A DNA stretch of 64,000 nt from Sumerlaeia bacterium (lineage in GTDB: Bacteria > Sumerlaeota > Sumerlaeia > SLMS01 > JAHLLQ01): NCBI GenBank assembly GCA_040219255.1, contig JAVJSW010000060.1:1-64000 (forward strand), read 5' to 3'. Each line of letters starts with the position of its first letter. Positions within the stretch are counted from its first letter, which is position 1. The position numbers were made by a program, and so were the translations under genes. The notes under the pieces were generated by a model. The model searched no databases. It was not told the DNA's origin and saw only the letters and a program-made list of their open reading frames with translations. Below, in pieces: positions 8,536-19,500 of the stretch.

Positions 8536-10437
8536 ATGATCTCCCACCACACATCCCACCGCCGGAAAAGCCGCCGCCTGGCGCTTTCCTTCGCCGCCGC
8601 GTTCGGGTTGCTGGCCCTGGTTCCCCTTGCCGCCCAGGTTCCCAGCACTCGTGGCGGCATGGGCGTCACGCCCTACAGCAACGGCACCACCTTCCGCGTC
8701 TGGGCGCCCGGCGTGGACTCGGTCCACGTCGCCGGTTCTTGGAACAACTTCAGCAGCACGGCCCACCCGATGGCCTATGAGGGCGACGAGAAGTGGTCCG
8801 TGGACATCGACGGCGCCGTGATCGGCGACCGCTTCAAGTACGTCATCCGCAACAACGGCGGCGTCCACTGGCGCCAGGACCCCTACTCGCTGGATGTGGT
8901 CAGCGACAGCGACGACTCGATCATCGCCGACATGGGCTACAACTGGCAGAACGGTTTCAGCATGCCGAGCTGGAACGAGTTGGTCATCTACGAGATGCAC
9001 ATCGGCACCTACAACGATACGACCACATGGCAGAACGGGAATGGAACCTTCGACAGCGCCAAGGACCGACTCGATCACCTGCAGTCGTTGGGGATCAACG
9101 CGGTCAAGCTGATGCCCGTGATGGAGTTCCCGGGCCAGACCAGCTATGGCTACAACCCGCACTCGCAGTTCGCGCCGGAGAGCGACTATGGCACGCCGCG
9201 CGATCTCAAGGAATTCGTGGATGCGGCCCACGGCCGGGGCATCGCGGTCATTTTCGACGTCGTTTACAACCACTTGGGCAACTCGCCGAGCGAGTCCACC
9301 ATCCCGCTCTGGTGCTTCACCGGGGATTGCCTGGGCAATGGCGGGCATTACTTCTACACCGACTGGAAGAAGGAAACGCCGTGGGGCTGGGCGCGGCCGG
9401 ATTATGGCCGGGGCCAGGTGCGCGAATGGCTGCGCAACAGCGCCTTCGTCTGGCTCAGCGAATACCGGGGCGACGGCCTGCGCTGGGACTCGACCTCGAA
9501 CATCCGGGCCAAGACCAACGGCGGCGGCGGGTATATCCACGACGGCAAAACCCTGATGCAGTGGATCAACAACGACATCGACGCCATCAGCGGCTGGAAG
9601 ATCTCCATCGCGGAGGATTTGCAGGGCAGCGCGGCCATCACCCGCGACACCAACGATAACGACGGCTACGGCTTCGACAGCCAATGGGACGCGGGCTTCG
9701 CCCATGCGATCCGCGACGCCGCCAAGGCGCCCTCGGACAGCGGCCGCAACATGGACGCGCTGCGCGACGTGCTCTACGGGCGCTACAACGGCGATGCCTA
9801 TCAGCGCGTCATCTACACCGGCAGCCACGACGAGGATAAGGAAGGCTACGGCCACGGCCGCCTGCCCAGCCTGATCGACGGCGGCAACAGCGAGTCCTTC
9901 TTCGCCAAGAAGCGCGGCACGCTGGCCAATGCGTTCATGCTGACGGCCCCCGGCATCCCGATGATCTTCCAGGGCCAGGAATTCCTGGAAGACGGCCAGT
10001 GGGGTGACCGCCAGCCCTTGGATTGGGACAAGCGCAACCGCCTGAGCGGCATCAACAATATGACCCGCGACCTGATCCGCTTGCGCCGCAACTGGTACAA
10101 CAACACGCGCGGTCTCCGCGGCCAGAACATCAACGTCCACCACGTGAACAACAGCGGCAAGGTCATCGCCCATCATCGTTGGCAGAACGGTGGCAACGGC
10201 GACGATGTGATCGTGATCGCCAACTTCTCGAACAATCGCTATTGGAACTACGAAGTCGGCTTCCCGAGCGGCGGCGAGTGGAAGGTGCGCTTCAACAGCG
10301 ACTGGAACGGTTACGACTCGTTCTTCGACAACCACCCGACGGGCAGCGTCTGGCCGAGCTGGGGTTCGAAGGACGGCATGAGCCACCGGGGCAACGTCAG
10401 CATTGGCCGCTACAGCCTGGTGATTCTGTCCAAGTAA
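8536..10437 (+). CDS. Secreted GH13 alpha-glucan-active enzyme (CBM48 plus branching-enzyme/trehalohydrolase-like)
   Basis: Signal peptide; FRVWAP, VIYEMHIG, DVVYNH, GLRWD (nucleophile), IAED (acid/base), SHDE. Confidence 0.88.
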   Translation: MISHHTSHRRKSRRLALSFAAAFGLLALVPLAAQVPSTRGGMGVTPYSNGTTFRVWAPGVDSVHVAGSWNNFSSTAHPMAYEGDEKWSVDIDGAVIGDRFKYVIRNNGGVHWRQDPYSLDVVSDSDDSIIADMGYNWQNGFSMPSWNELVIYEMHIGTYNDTTTWQNGNGTFDSAKDRLDHLQSLGINAVKLMPVMEFPGQTSYGYNPHSQFAPESDYGTPRDLKEFVDAAHGRGIAVIFDVVYNHLGNSPSESTIPLWCFTGDCLGNGGHYFYTDWKKETPWGWARPDYGRGQVREWLRNSAFVWLSEYRGDGLRWDSTSNIRAKTNGGGGYIHDGKTLMQWINNDIDAISGWKISIAEDLQGSAAITRDTNDNDGYGFDSQWDAGFAHAIRDAAKAPSDSGRNMDALRDVLYGRYNGDAYQRVIYTGSHDEDKEGYGHGRLPSLIDGGNSESFFAKKRGTLANAFMLTAPGIPMIFQGQEFLEDGQWGDRQPLDWDKRNRLSGINNMTRDLIRLRRNWYNNTRGLRGQNINVHHVNNSGKVIAHHRWQNGGNGDDVIVIANFSNNRYWNYEVGFPSGGEWKVRFNSDWNGYDSFFDNHPTGSVWPSWGSKDGMSHRGNVSIGRYSLVILSK

Positions 10438-10474
10438 CTCCTCACCCAAGGCGGCAAGGGCCGCCAAAAAGGAA

Positions 10475-10508
10475 GCGCCCCCCGCTCTTACGAGACCGGG
10501 GGGCGCGC
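10475..10508. terminator. Hairpin between convergent genes
   Basis: GCGCCCCCCG...CGGGGGGCGC inverted repeat with A-rich and T-rich flanks. Confidence 0.6.
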
Positions 10509-10547
10509 CATTTTAAGGCTGATCGGCTTCAGGGAACCACGTTCGCC

Positions 10548-10970
10548 TTAGGCTTCGAGTTCGGCGACGTGGCTTTCGATGCGCGAGCGCTCGTCCTCGT
10601 TGTCCGATGCGCTGAGGTAAACGTTCCAGGTGGCTTTAGCTTGGGGAACGTGGCCGGTTTTCTCGTAGCAGAGGGCGAGATTGTAGTAGGCGGCGGTCAT
10701 GTCGGGGTCGATATCGACGGCGCGCTTGAAGTGAACGATGGCTTCGCTCCAGTTTTCTTCCGTGGCGGCGTGGCAGCCGAGGTTGTAGAAATCGATGGCG
10801 TCGTTGAGTTCGAAGCCAATGTCGCGAAGGGTGGCGGCACGCTCGGCGGGGTTGAGGGAATTGAGGAGGGTGAAGCCGTAGCGGTCGAGAGCGGTGGCGG
10901 CGCTGGAGCGCAGGGTTTCGCGATAGCGCTCGAGTTCGTAGTTGTAGAGGTCCTTGTCGTCCTTAGCCAT
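10548..10970 (-). CDS. TPR-repeat protein
   Basis: FYNLG...EAIVHFKRAVDIDP...AYYNLALCY TPR pattern. Confidence 0.8.
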   Translation of the reverse strand: MAKDDKDLYNYELERYRETLRSSAATALDRYGFTLLNSLNPAERAATLRDIGFELNDAIDFYNLGCHAATEENWSEAIVHFKRAVDIDPDMTAAYYNLALCYEKTGHVPQAKATWNVYLSASDNEDERSRIESHVAELEA

Positions 10971-11174
10971 AGCGAGCTGGTGGGGGTCCTTGGGGAAGAA
11001 TTCGCCTGCCTTGGAGATAGGGCAGAAACAATGGTTTCCCACCGCGGCGGGAGCATCGTCGCGGACGGTGTGTCAGAAGGGGGCCTCTGAATGCAAGGGA
11101 AGAAGAAAGGCTTGTGTTTTGAGCCAACTTTGGAGATTATGACGCTTGCTTGTGGGAAGGTGGCCCGGGGCGGG

Positions 11175-11350
11175 GTTGGAGCCGGGGACGCAGCCGTGAC
11201 CTTTCTTCGCCTTGACCCAGCCCCCGCTAGCCCATTGGCTGGAGTCGTATCCAAGGGTGGTGGGTTTCCCGCCGGCGTTACGGAGTTCCGTCCGGCGGCC
11301 GCTTTCCCACCCCATATCGGCTTGGGACCGCGTGTTCCGGCCGTGCCGAT
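11175..11350 (-). ncRNA. ssrS: Probable 6S RNA
   Basis: Minus strand has GTCCCAAGCCGATAT ... CACCCTTGGA ... GGGTCAAGG ... GGTCACGGCTGCG, resembling conserved 6S segments as recalled from E. coli; can fold as a rod with closing stem GCCGG/CCGGC; boundaries approximate. Confidence 0.55.
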
Positions 11351-11383
11351 GCACTGACTCATTGCTTTTCTGGAGAGCACCCC

Positions 11384-14338
11384 GTGATGACCGGTAAGAC
11401 GTCGAGGGTCTTCAAACCAACCATCGCCGCTTTCGCAGCCCTCGGGCTCGCTCTATCGCTGCTCGCGGCGTCTGTCATGGCCCAGGGCACGGGCGATGTC
11501 CTCTTCCGCGAGGACTTCCAGTCCTTCAGCAATGGCTCGCGCCCCTCGCAGGAGGACTGGGTCACTGTCGGGGCGACGGCGGACAATTACTGGTACATCG
11601 CCGACGGGCGGTTCGACACCGGCGACGCGGATCAATTTCCGTTCCTGGCCTGGGCCGTGATCGACGCGCCGGACTCGCGCTCCTGGTCCGAAATCTCCGC
11701 CAAGGCCGATTTCCTGATGCTGCAGCCCGCTGGCGAGGTCAACCTCGCGGTGCGCTGGCGCAGTCCCGCCAACTTCTATTACGCCAGCCTGTACGCCACC
11801 ACCACCCCGGCCTCGCCCCGCGGCGTGGAATTCATCAAGGTGGTCAATGGCATTGAGCAGACGCTGGCCCGCGCCGTCCATCCGGCCGATGTGAGCCTGC
11901 CGGCCTTTGAATCGAAATCCAATTTTTCGTCCCCGGACACGCTGGAAGTGCGCGCCGTCGGCAATCAGTTCGCCGTGCTGGTGAACGGCCGGACCGTTCT
12001 GACCGCCACGGACTCCGAGTTTTCTTCCGGCCAGGTGGCCATCGGCCAGCAGCGCAACCAGGTCCAGTTCGACAATATCGTGGTTTCCCGCACCTCCAGC
12101 ATCGGCAGCAATCTGCCGCCCGGCGGCGGTTCGGCGCCACCCACGGGCGGCAACTTCTCGCTCCTGGTGGGCTCGGGACTCAATTCTTCCAAGGCCCGCA
12201 CCCTCGAGAGCCAATTGGTCGGCATTCCCGTCCAACTGGAAGAAACCAGCCCCGGCACGTACTCCGTGTTTCTCGGCTCCTATCCGACGGCCGCCGCGGC
12301 CCAGAGCGCCATCTCCGATTACGAGCAGCAGGGGTTGTTCTTCCCCTATGGCTATGAGGTGGTGGACCGGTCGCTGACGCGGCGCAGCCCCTCGGTGGCG
12401 AGCGCGGGCAATCAGCCCGCCCCATCGGGCGCGGTGTACCGCGTGGTGGTGGGCGAGAGCGACGACAAGTCCCTGGCCGATCAGTTGGCGGGCGACTTGC
12501 GCAACACGTCCGGCCTGAGCAACGTGGACGTCGCGGAGGTCGACGGCCGGCATCTGGTTTTCGTTGGCGAGGCCTTTCCCAACGAGCAGGCGGCCCAGCC
12601 CGTGGTGGACCAGATGCAGAACGAATACGGCCTGATCGCCGTGCGGTCCCAGCGCTTTGAGACCGATCCCTTGAACCGGGGCGGGAGCGGCGCGGGAGTG
12701 CGGGTTTCGGCTCTGATGAATTCTTTCGAATCGGCACTGGCGCAGAATAATTTCGCCGTGGCCGAGAATCTGGCTTACCGCATCGGACGCGAGGACGCGG
12801 GCGCGGATGTCGGGGCTCTGATTGAACGCGTGCGGCAGCAGCGCAATAAGATCGAGCAGGGGGAAAATGAGAGGCGCGAGCGCATCAACAGCTTGAAGAA
12901 GGAAGCGGATATCGCGGAGACCGGGGGGAACTACGAGAGCGCGCAGAACTACTATCAGCAGTTGGCGCGTCTGGCGGAAGAAGGCTCCGCCGATTACCAG
13001 TTGGCGCAGGCGGGTATCGATCGCACCGCGGCATTGATTCGCGGCCGGGCGGCGCAAGGCGCCACGGAAGGCGGCGGGGGGAATTTCCTGCTGATCGCCG
13101 GAATCGGCGCCGGAGTCCTGTTGCTGCTTGGCATCGCCGGTTTCGTGCTGGTCAGCCGCAAGAAGAACGCGCCGGCGCCCGTCGCCACGCCGATGATGCA
13201 GTCCACCAAGCCCTCCACGCCCGCCAAGCCCGCGGCGCCGAAACCCGATCGCGCCGCCGCCAAGGCCGCGGCGGCAGCGGCGGGGGGCAACGCCGCCTCC
13301 TCCAGGAAGCAGGCCGCTCCTTCGGAAACCCCGGGTGGCCCCGTTCCCGCGATGTCTTCCGAGGAAAGCGGCAACCCGCTGCGGACGGTCACCGACAACG
13401 ATCGCATCCGGCCGGGGTCGATCGCTCCGGCGGCCACGCCCGCCGGCAGCGAAACGGTGGCTCTGCCGCCCATCGGCGCACCCCGCAAACCCTCGTCCCG
13501 TGCTGCCAGAGCGCCTCAGGAAGCGGCCGCTTCGGGCGAAGGCAACGAGTTGGATCTGAAACTGGACTTCCTGACGGAGGAGCCGAAGGCCGAACCGGCG
13601 AGGGCTCCGAGCGGTCCGGCGGACGAGTCGGGCGACGCGGTGTCGCAGGAATTCGAGATCCCGCCGTTGCCGGATCTGGAGCCGGAAGCGAAACCGGCCG
13701 ATCCGCGCCGCTCGAGCGAAGTGGCTTTGCCGACCGCGACGGTGCATAAGGCCAAGGCCGATCCGGATGTTTTCTACTTCCAGGATTTCGAGGACGAATC
13801 GCTCGGCCAGGCTCCCCAAAACTGGCGCGGCCAGTACGATTACGCCTCGCTGGAAGTCACCAACGGCGTGGCCGCCCAGGGGTCGTCGAAGTGCCTGCGC
13901 TTCGAGAAGAAGCAGGGAGTGGGCAGCGCCCTTTATTCCTGCAAATTCCCCGACGCGCGCGGCCGTATCGGCGTCGAATTCGACATTCGCTGCGATGACA
14001 AGAACAAGTACCTGCTCGGGGTTTACATCGAGAAGGACGGCGATTTCCGCCAGTCCATCAGCACCATCGTGCACCGCACGAACTCAAACTCGAACCCGAC
14101 CCTGCGGGTGCAGAACGAGCCGGTCGCCTACGACTTCGGAACGTGGAAGCGCATCCGCTACGAGATTGATCTGCAACGGCAAATCGTCGACGCGTTCGTC
14201 GATGAGCAATCGATCATCATCGGCGCCCGCATGCCTCCCAACGGGCCGAAGGTCGTCAACACGTTGTCGATCCGCGACAACTTGGCGACGACCGGCATCC
14301 TGATGCTGGACAACATCAAGATTTTCCGGCGGAAGTAA
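11384..14338 (+). CDS. Large single-pass membrane protein: DUF1080-like beta domain, SPOR-like domains, TPR/coiled coil, TM helix, Pro/Ala linker, C-terminal beta-sandwich
   Basis: Signal peptide; SGQVAIG...VQFDNIVV; YSVFLGSYPTAAAA and HLVFVGEAFPNEQAA SPOR-like motifs; TM LLIAGIGAGVLLLLGIAGFVLV followed by RKK. Confidence 0.75.
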   Translation: MMTGKTSRVFKPTIAAFAALGLALSLLAASVMAQGTGDVLFREDFQSFSNGSRPSQEDWVTVGATADNYWYIADGRFDTGDADQFPFLAWAVIDAPDSRSWSEISAKADFLMLQPAGEVNLAVRWRSPANFYYASLYATTTPASPRGVEFIKVVNGIEQTLARAVHPADVSLPAFESKSNFSSPDTLEVRAVGNQFAVLVNGRTVLTATDSEFSSGQVAIGQQRNQVQFDNIVVSRTSSIGSNLPPGGGSAPPTGGNFSLLVGSGLNSSKARTLESQLVGIPVQLEETSPGTYSVFLGSYPTAAAAQSAISDYEQQGLFFPYGYEVVDRSLTRRSPSVASAGNQPAPSGAVYRVVVGESDDKSLADQLAGDLRNTSGLSNVDVAEVDGRHLVFVGEAFPNEQAAQPVVDQMQNEYGLIAVRSQRFETDPLNRGGSGAGVRVSALMNSFESALAQNNFAVAENLAYRIGREDAGADVGALIERVRQQRNKIEQGENERRERINSLKKEADIAETGGNYESAQNYYQQLARLAEEGSADYQLAQAGIDRTAALIRGRAAQGATEGGGGNFLLIAGIGAGVLLLLGIAGFVLVSRKKNAPAPVATPMMQSTKPSTPAKPAAPKPDRAAAKAAAAAAGGNAASSRKQAAPSETPGGPVPAMSSEESGNPLRTVTDNDRIRPGSIAPAATPAGSETVALPPIGAPRKPSSRAARAPQEAAASGEGNELDLKLDFLTEEPKAEPARAPSGPADESGDAVSQEFEIPPLPDLEPEAKPADPRRSSEVALPTATVHKAKADPDVFYFQDFEDESLGQAPQNWRGQYDYASLEVTNGVAAQGSSKCLRFEKKQGVGSALYSCKFPDARGRIGVEFDIRCDDKNKYLLGVYIEKDGDFRQSISTIVHRTNSNSNPTLRVQNEPVAYDFGTWKRIRYEIDLQRQIVDAFVDEQSIIIGARMPPNGPKVVNTLSIRDNLATTGILMLDNIKIFRRK

Positions 14339-14368
14339 ATCCGTTTGGGGCGGTGCCCCAGGCAGCGC

Positions 14369-15637
14369 TCAATCGAGGCGCCCGGAGCTGACGGCTTCGA
14401 GCGCCTTTTCTTTGTCGTAGCCTGTCAATTCCAGGAGGCGTGCCACCACATCGCCGATGGCGCGGTTGGGGGTGCTGGCGCCGGCCGTGATGCCGACGAT
14501 CATGTCGCCACCGGTGCCGCGGGGCGGCAACCAATCGGATGTGACGATCTGATCGTGGCGGGCGCTGGGCTGGTGACGGATGGCGCGGTCGGAGTGCATC
14601 TCGGCCACATCGTCGATGTGAAAGGCGCGGGGGCAGTGGGCCTCGGCGACTTCCAGCAGATGGCGCGTGTTGGAGCTGTTGTAGCCGCCGACCACGAGGG
14701 CCAGGTCCAGGGCGTTGTCGCGCAGAAGGGCCTTCATGGCGTCCTGGCGGTCTTGCGTGGCCGAGCAGATCGTGTCGAAGCTGCGAACGTTTTCCGCGCC
14801 CCGTTCTTCGCCGTCGCGGCGCTGGATCGATTCGGCCAGTCGGCGCCCGATGGCCAGCGATTCCGTCGCCAGCATCGTTGTCTGGTTCGCGACGCCGATT
14901 TTCCGGAGGTGTTTCTCGGGGTCGAAGCCTTCCGAAAAAGCGCCAGGATCGAAATCCGCCATCAAGTCCGAGGCGGGCAGCCGCCCCTCGATAAAGTCGC
15001 ACACGCGCTCGGTCTGGGCCATATTGCGCACCACCAGGAAATGGCCACCGTTCGATGTGGCGTTGGAAACGGTGGCGATGGTTTCCTCATGATAGGCTTT
15101 GCCGTGGACGACTGAGGTGTAGCCCTCGCGGGCGTAGCGCTCGACGCGCTTCCAGACGTGGATCACGCTGCCACAGGTGGTATCGACGACGACGCAGCCG
15201 ATGTCTTTCAGGCGCTGGAACAGCGGATGGGCCGCGCCAAAGGCGGGGATCAGCACCACGTCCTCCGGGACGATGTCCTCGATGGTGAGTCCGTCGGCCT
15301 GCTGGCCCGAGAGGAAGCGGATGCCGAGTTCGCGCATGCGCCGGTTGACGCGTGGGTTGTGGATGATTTCCGTCAGCAGAACGATGCGCCGATCGGGGAA
15401 TTTGGCGAGGGTCTCGTACGCCATGTCGACGGCCTTGTCGACGCCGTAGCAGAAGCCGAAGTCCTTGGCCAGTCGGAGCTTGAGGCCGGGGAGGTCGAGG
15501 ACGCCGCCGTTGGCGCGAATGGCGTCGACGAGGGCGCTGCTGTATTCCGCCGCCACGATGGGGGCGACGTCCTTCTTGAGGCCGAGGCTGGACTTGTAGT
15601 AAGTTTTTTCGCCTTTTGGCGTGGCGCTGGTGGTCAT
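14369..15637 (-). CDS. ispH: 4-hydroxy-3-methylbut-2-enyl diphosphate reductase
   Basis: FGFCYGVDKA, EIIHNP, DTTC, HEET, DTICSATQDRQ, GGYNSSNT, GITAGASTP. Confidence 0.96.
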   Translation of the reverse strand: MTTSATPKGEKTYYKSSLGLKKDVAPIVAAEYSSALVDAIRANGGVLDLPGLKLRLAKDFGFCYGVDKAVDMAYETLAKFPDRRIVLLTEIIHNPRVNRRMRELGIRFLSGQQADGLTIEDIVPEDVVLIPAFGAAHPLFQRLKDIGCVVVDTTCGSVIHVWKRVERYAREGYTSVVHGKAYHEETIATVSNATSNGGHFLVVRNMAQTERVCDFIEGRLPASDLMADFDPGAFSEGFDPEKHLRKIGVANQTTMLATESLAIGRRLAESIQRRDGEERGAENVRSFDTICSATQDRQDAMKALLRDNALDLALVVGGYNSSNTRHLLEVAEAHCPRAFHIDDVAEMHSDRAIRHQPSARHDQIVTSDWLPPRGTGGDMIVGITAGASTPNRAIGDVVARLLELTGYDKEKALEAVSSGRLD

Positions 15638-15723
15638 CCGTGTCCCTTTGATCCGCAAAGCGTTGCGCTCTGGGTCCGGTTGCAAGGGCCGCGCCCGCCG
15701 GCGCCCCGGGTGGGGCTTTCGGT

Positions 15724-16290
15724 TTAGAAAACGCCCGAGTCTTCGTCGCTCTCGTAGGTCACGGCCACCGGCGGAGTAGCGAGGAAGAGGTTGGCCGTCA
15801 AGAGGCCGATGAGGTCGTACTGGCCCGATTCGAGGTTTTCCCGCGCGGAGGGCGGAAAGGCGATCTCGACGGTTTCGGAGATCTGCTGACCGGGATCGAG
15901 GCGCACGCGGCCAGTGGCCAGGGTGAACAGGCGTTCGTTGCTCCAGCGGTGGACCTCGACGCCGCGCACCGTCTGGACGATGACGTCGAAGCGCTGGCCG
16001 CTGTTGAAGACCAGGTCCGTGGGACCGGTGGAGACGTTGTCGAGAACGAGATCGATCTTCACGGTGTCCCCCGCATCGACGTCCGTCTGGTGAACGGTCA
16101 TGCGCAGTTCGAGGCCCTTCTCGGCGCTCTTGAAGCGTGTGGTGCGGGCGTCGGACAGTTGGCTGCCGACGTTCTTGACCTGGCAGGCGGTCAGGGAGGC
16201 CATCAGGGGAAGGGCGGCCGCCAGAAGGGCCGGAATGAGCCATCCGCGGCGCGGGCGGATGGCGGAAAAATCGGATCGAAGCGTTCTCAT
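15724..16290 (-). CDS. Lipoprotein with BsuPI (Ipi-type proteinase inhibitor) domain
   Basis: Lipobox LTAC; LVFNSGQRFDV...VHRWS...F BsuPI-like motif. Confidence 0.7.
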   Translation of the reverse strand: MRTLRSDFSAIRPRRGWLIPALLAAALPLMASLTACQVKNVGSQLSDARTTRFKSAEKGLELRMTVHQTDVDAGDTVKIDLVLDNVSTGPTDLVFNSGQRFDVIVQTVRGVEVHRWSNERLFTLATGRVRLDPGQQISETVEIAFPPSARENLESGQYDLIGLLTANLFLATPPVAVTYESDEDSGVF

Positions 16291-16558
16291 AGGGAAAGGG
16301 TCCTCCGCGTCATGGCCGGCATCGGCAGTCTTCGGATTGCCGGAGCGATGGGTGAATTGGAGCCTTTCCGGGGGCCGGGGGACAAATGGAGTTTTGGTTT
16401 CCGGTGGCGAAAAATCCCGCCGCGATAAGCCTTGTGGAAACCCAATTCGGTTCTGTATCAACTGGCAATCCTTTTCAGGCCGGTCTGAGTCGGCTTGAAG
16501 GCGCCGGGTTCGTCCTTGGACTTTCCGGCGTCAGACCCGATGCATCGGAGGCATCCGC

Positions 16559-19500
16559 ATGTCCCTCAAATCCCGGCCCCTGGCGCTTCCCGGCGCCGCG
16601 GCCTTTGTCCTGGCTTCGGCTCTGGCACTGCCCGCCTGGGCTTCCAACGAAGAAACGGCCGCCATTCCGGACAACCTGAAGGCCGCCATCGGCGCCATCA
16701 CCTCCTCGGGCGGTTCTGACAAAGGCAACGATTTCGAAAACGCCGTCAAAGACCTCGAGAAGCGCGAGGGCTTCATCAACCTGTATATCAGCGAGGAGAA
16801 GAACCAGCTCCTGGCGGAAATCCCGGGCAACCTGATCGGCAAGGACCTGCTCCTCAGTTCTTCCATTTCCCGCGGCCCGAACCAAGGGTTCCAGTGGGGC
16901 AGCCTCATGATTCGCTTCGAGAAGCTCGAGGACGAACTCATCGTCGTGGCGCCCGATCCCTTCTACACCGCGAGCGGCACGCTGAAGGACGTGGTGGAAC
17001 GGACCTATCCAGACCCGGTGGCGACGACTGTGCGGGTCCGGGCGGAGAAGGGAAAGAACGTCCTCATCGACCTGATGGATCTGTTCGGCAACAAGGCGTC
17101 GGCCCTTGCGGGAACGCGCCCCGCCGCCACGATCATGCAGCCGGGCAAGGCGAAGGCCTTCCCCAACAACGTCGTGGTGGAAATCGTTTTCCGCAATTCC
17201 CGCGGCGCCACGGGCATCACCTACAGCCTGGATCAGTTGCCCAACACGGGCTACAAGCCCCGCCAGGCGGACCAGCGCATCGGCTACTTCCTGACGGCGC
17301 AGAAGGATTTCTCGAAGGACGAGGAACAGCCCGACATCTTCGATCGCTACATCAATCGCTGGCATCTGGAGAAAGCGGACCCGAGCCTTAAGCTCTCGCC
17401 GCCCAAGGAACCGATCGTCTTCTACCTGGAGGACTCAATCCCGGTACGTTACCGGCGCTGGGTGCGCCAGGGCGTCGAGGACTGGAACAAGGCCTTCGAG
17501 AAGATCGGCATCGTGGATGCCATCGTTGTGCGTCAGCAAACCAGCTCCAACGAATTCAAGGATCTGGATCCGGAAGACGCGCGCTACAACTTCATCCGCT
17601 GGATCACCAGCGAGTCGGCCTTCGCCATGGGTCCGAGCCGCGTCGATCCCCGCACGGGCCAAATCTACGACGCCGACATCATCTTCGACGAGAGCATGGT
17701 GCGGTACTATGTGGACAGCCATGAACTGTTCATCGAGAGCGTGCCGAACAGCGCCTCGCTCTCGCCGAGGCTCCGGCACTGGTTGGCGTCCAATCCGTCG
17801 GCGCACCCGAATTGGTCGATGGTGCGGCCGGATCTGGCTTTGCGGATTCAGAACGATGCGGAGATGGCGGCGGCGGGCGTAACGCCGGAAGAACTCTTCG
17901 CGCGCGAACTGATAGGGAACCTGGATGGTTTCAAGAACCCGCACTACTGCTCGCTGGGCGAGCACGTCCGGGGCGAATTGGCGTTGGCCCGCATGGCCGC
18001 CATGGGCCGCGACTTCATCGTCTTTGAGCAGATGAAGGACGCGGCGAAGAAGGAAAAGGAAGCGGAAGAGAAAGCCGAAGCAGCCGCCGAGGACGATGCT
18101 TCCAGCAAGACCGTCGAAGTCGCGGAAGAGCTGATCGAGGAATTGGAAGAAGCCGCGGAAGCCGCGGAGGAAGAAGACGGCGAGGAAACCGCGGACGCCG
18201 AAGAGAATGGCTCGAACGGCAAGAAGCCGGAGAAGCGCAACCTGGATGAGTGGCCCGAGGAATTCATCGGCCCGCTGGTGCGCGAAATCATGGCCCACGA
18301 AGTGGGTCACACGCTCGGCCTGCGGCACAACTTCAAGGCCAGCACCTGGAAGAGCTACGAGGAAATCGTCAACACCGACGATCCGACCACGGCGACCATC
18401 GCCTCTGTGATGGACTACAATCCCTATGCGCTGAAGCCCGATGGCTCACAGCCCGCGATGTGGATCACGCCGACCATCGGGCCCTACGATTACTGGGCCA
18501 TCGAGTACGGTTACGCGATCCCCGGTTCGAACGATTATCCGCGCAACGAGGACAAACTCCTCAAGCAAATCACCGACAAGGTCGCTCAACCCGGTCATGA
18601 CTACGGCACGGATGAGGATACCTGGGGGCCGGACCCGATGACGGTGCGGTTCGACCTGGGCAGCGATCCGCTGACCTTCGCCGCGGCCCGCGTGGATCTG
18701 GCGGATAAGATCCTCAACAACCTGATCGAGGCGGTCCTTCAGGAGGACGATCCCTACAGCAAAGCCCGCGACGCCTTCGATGTGCTGTTCTACCAGCGGT
18801 TCAGCGCGGCCTACGCGGCGGCGCGGTTTGTGGGCGGGTACCACATCCGGCGCGACCAGCGCGGAGACACCGACGCCCGCCAGCCCATCGAAGTGGTGGA
18901 CGCGGAAACGCAGCGCCGCGCCTTCAACATGCTTCTGGAGAAGGTTTTCGCCAAGGACGCCATCCAGGTGAAGCCGGAACTGCAGGTCTACCTGGCCGCC
19001 GACCGCTGGAGTCACCGCGGTTCCTCTGGCTGGTACCAGCCTTTGACCTACCCGATTCAGGACCGCATCCTGATGACGCAGAACAATATCCTGTTCATGC
19101 TGACCAACCCGGAGCGCGTGCAGTGGATCTACGACTCGGAGTTCACCTCCGAGGCGGAGGACCTGTTCACGCTGCCGGAAATGATGTCGGGCCTGACGGA
19201 TTCGATCTGGAGCGAAGTGTTGCAGGCCGAAGGCGAGGGATCGCAGGAGAAGTACACGACGCGCAAGCCCTTCGTGGACAACCTGCGGCGCAACCTCCAG
19301 CGCAGCTACCTGGGCCAGCTGATCAAGATCGCCACCGGGGGCGACGACAGCATGTATCCTGCGGTGTCGCGGACGCTGTCGCACGGCGAACTGGCGAAAA
19401 TTGGCGACGCCATCGGCGGCGTGATGGAAAGCCCGCTGGCTTCTCAGCTGGACCCCTACACGGCGGCGCACCTGCGCGAGTCCAAGGCGCGGGTCGACGC

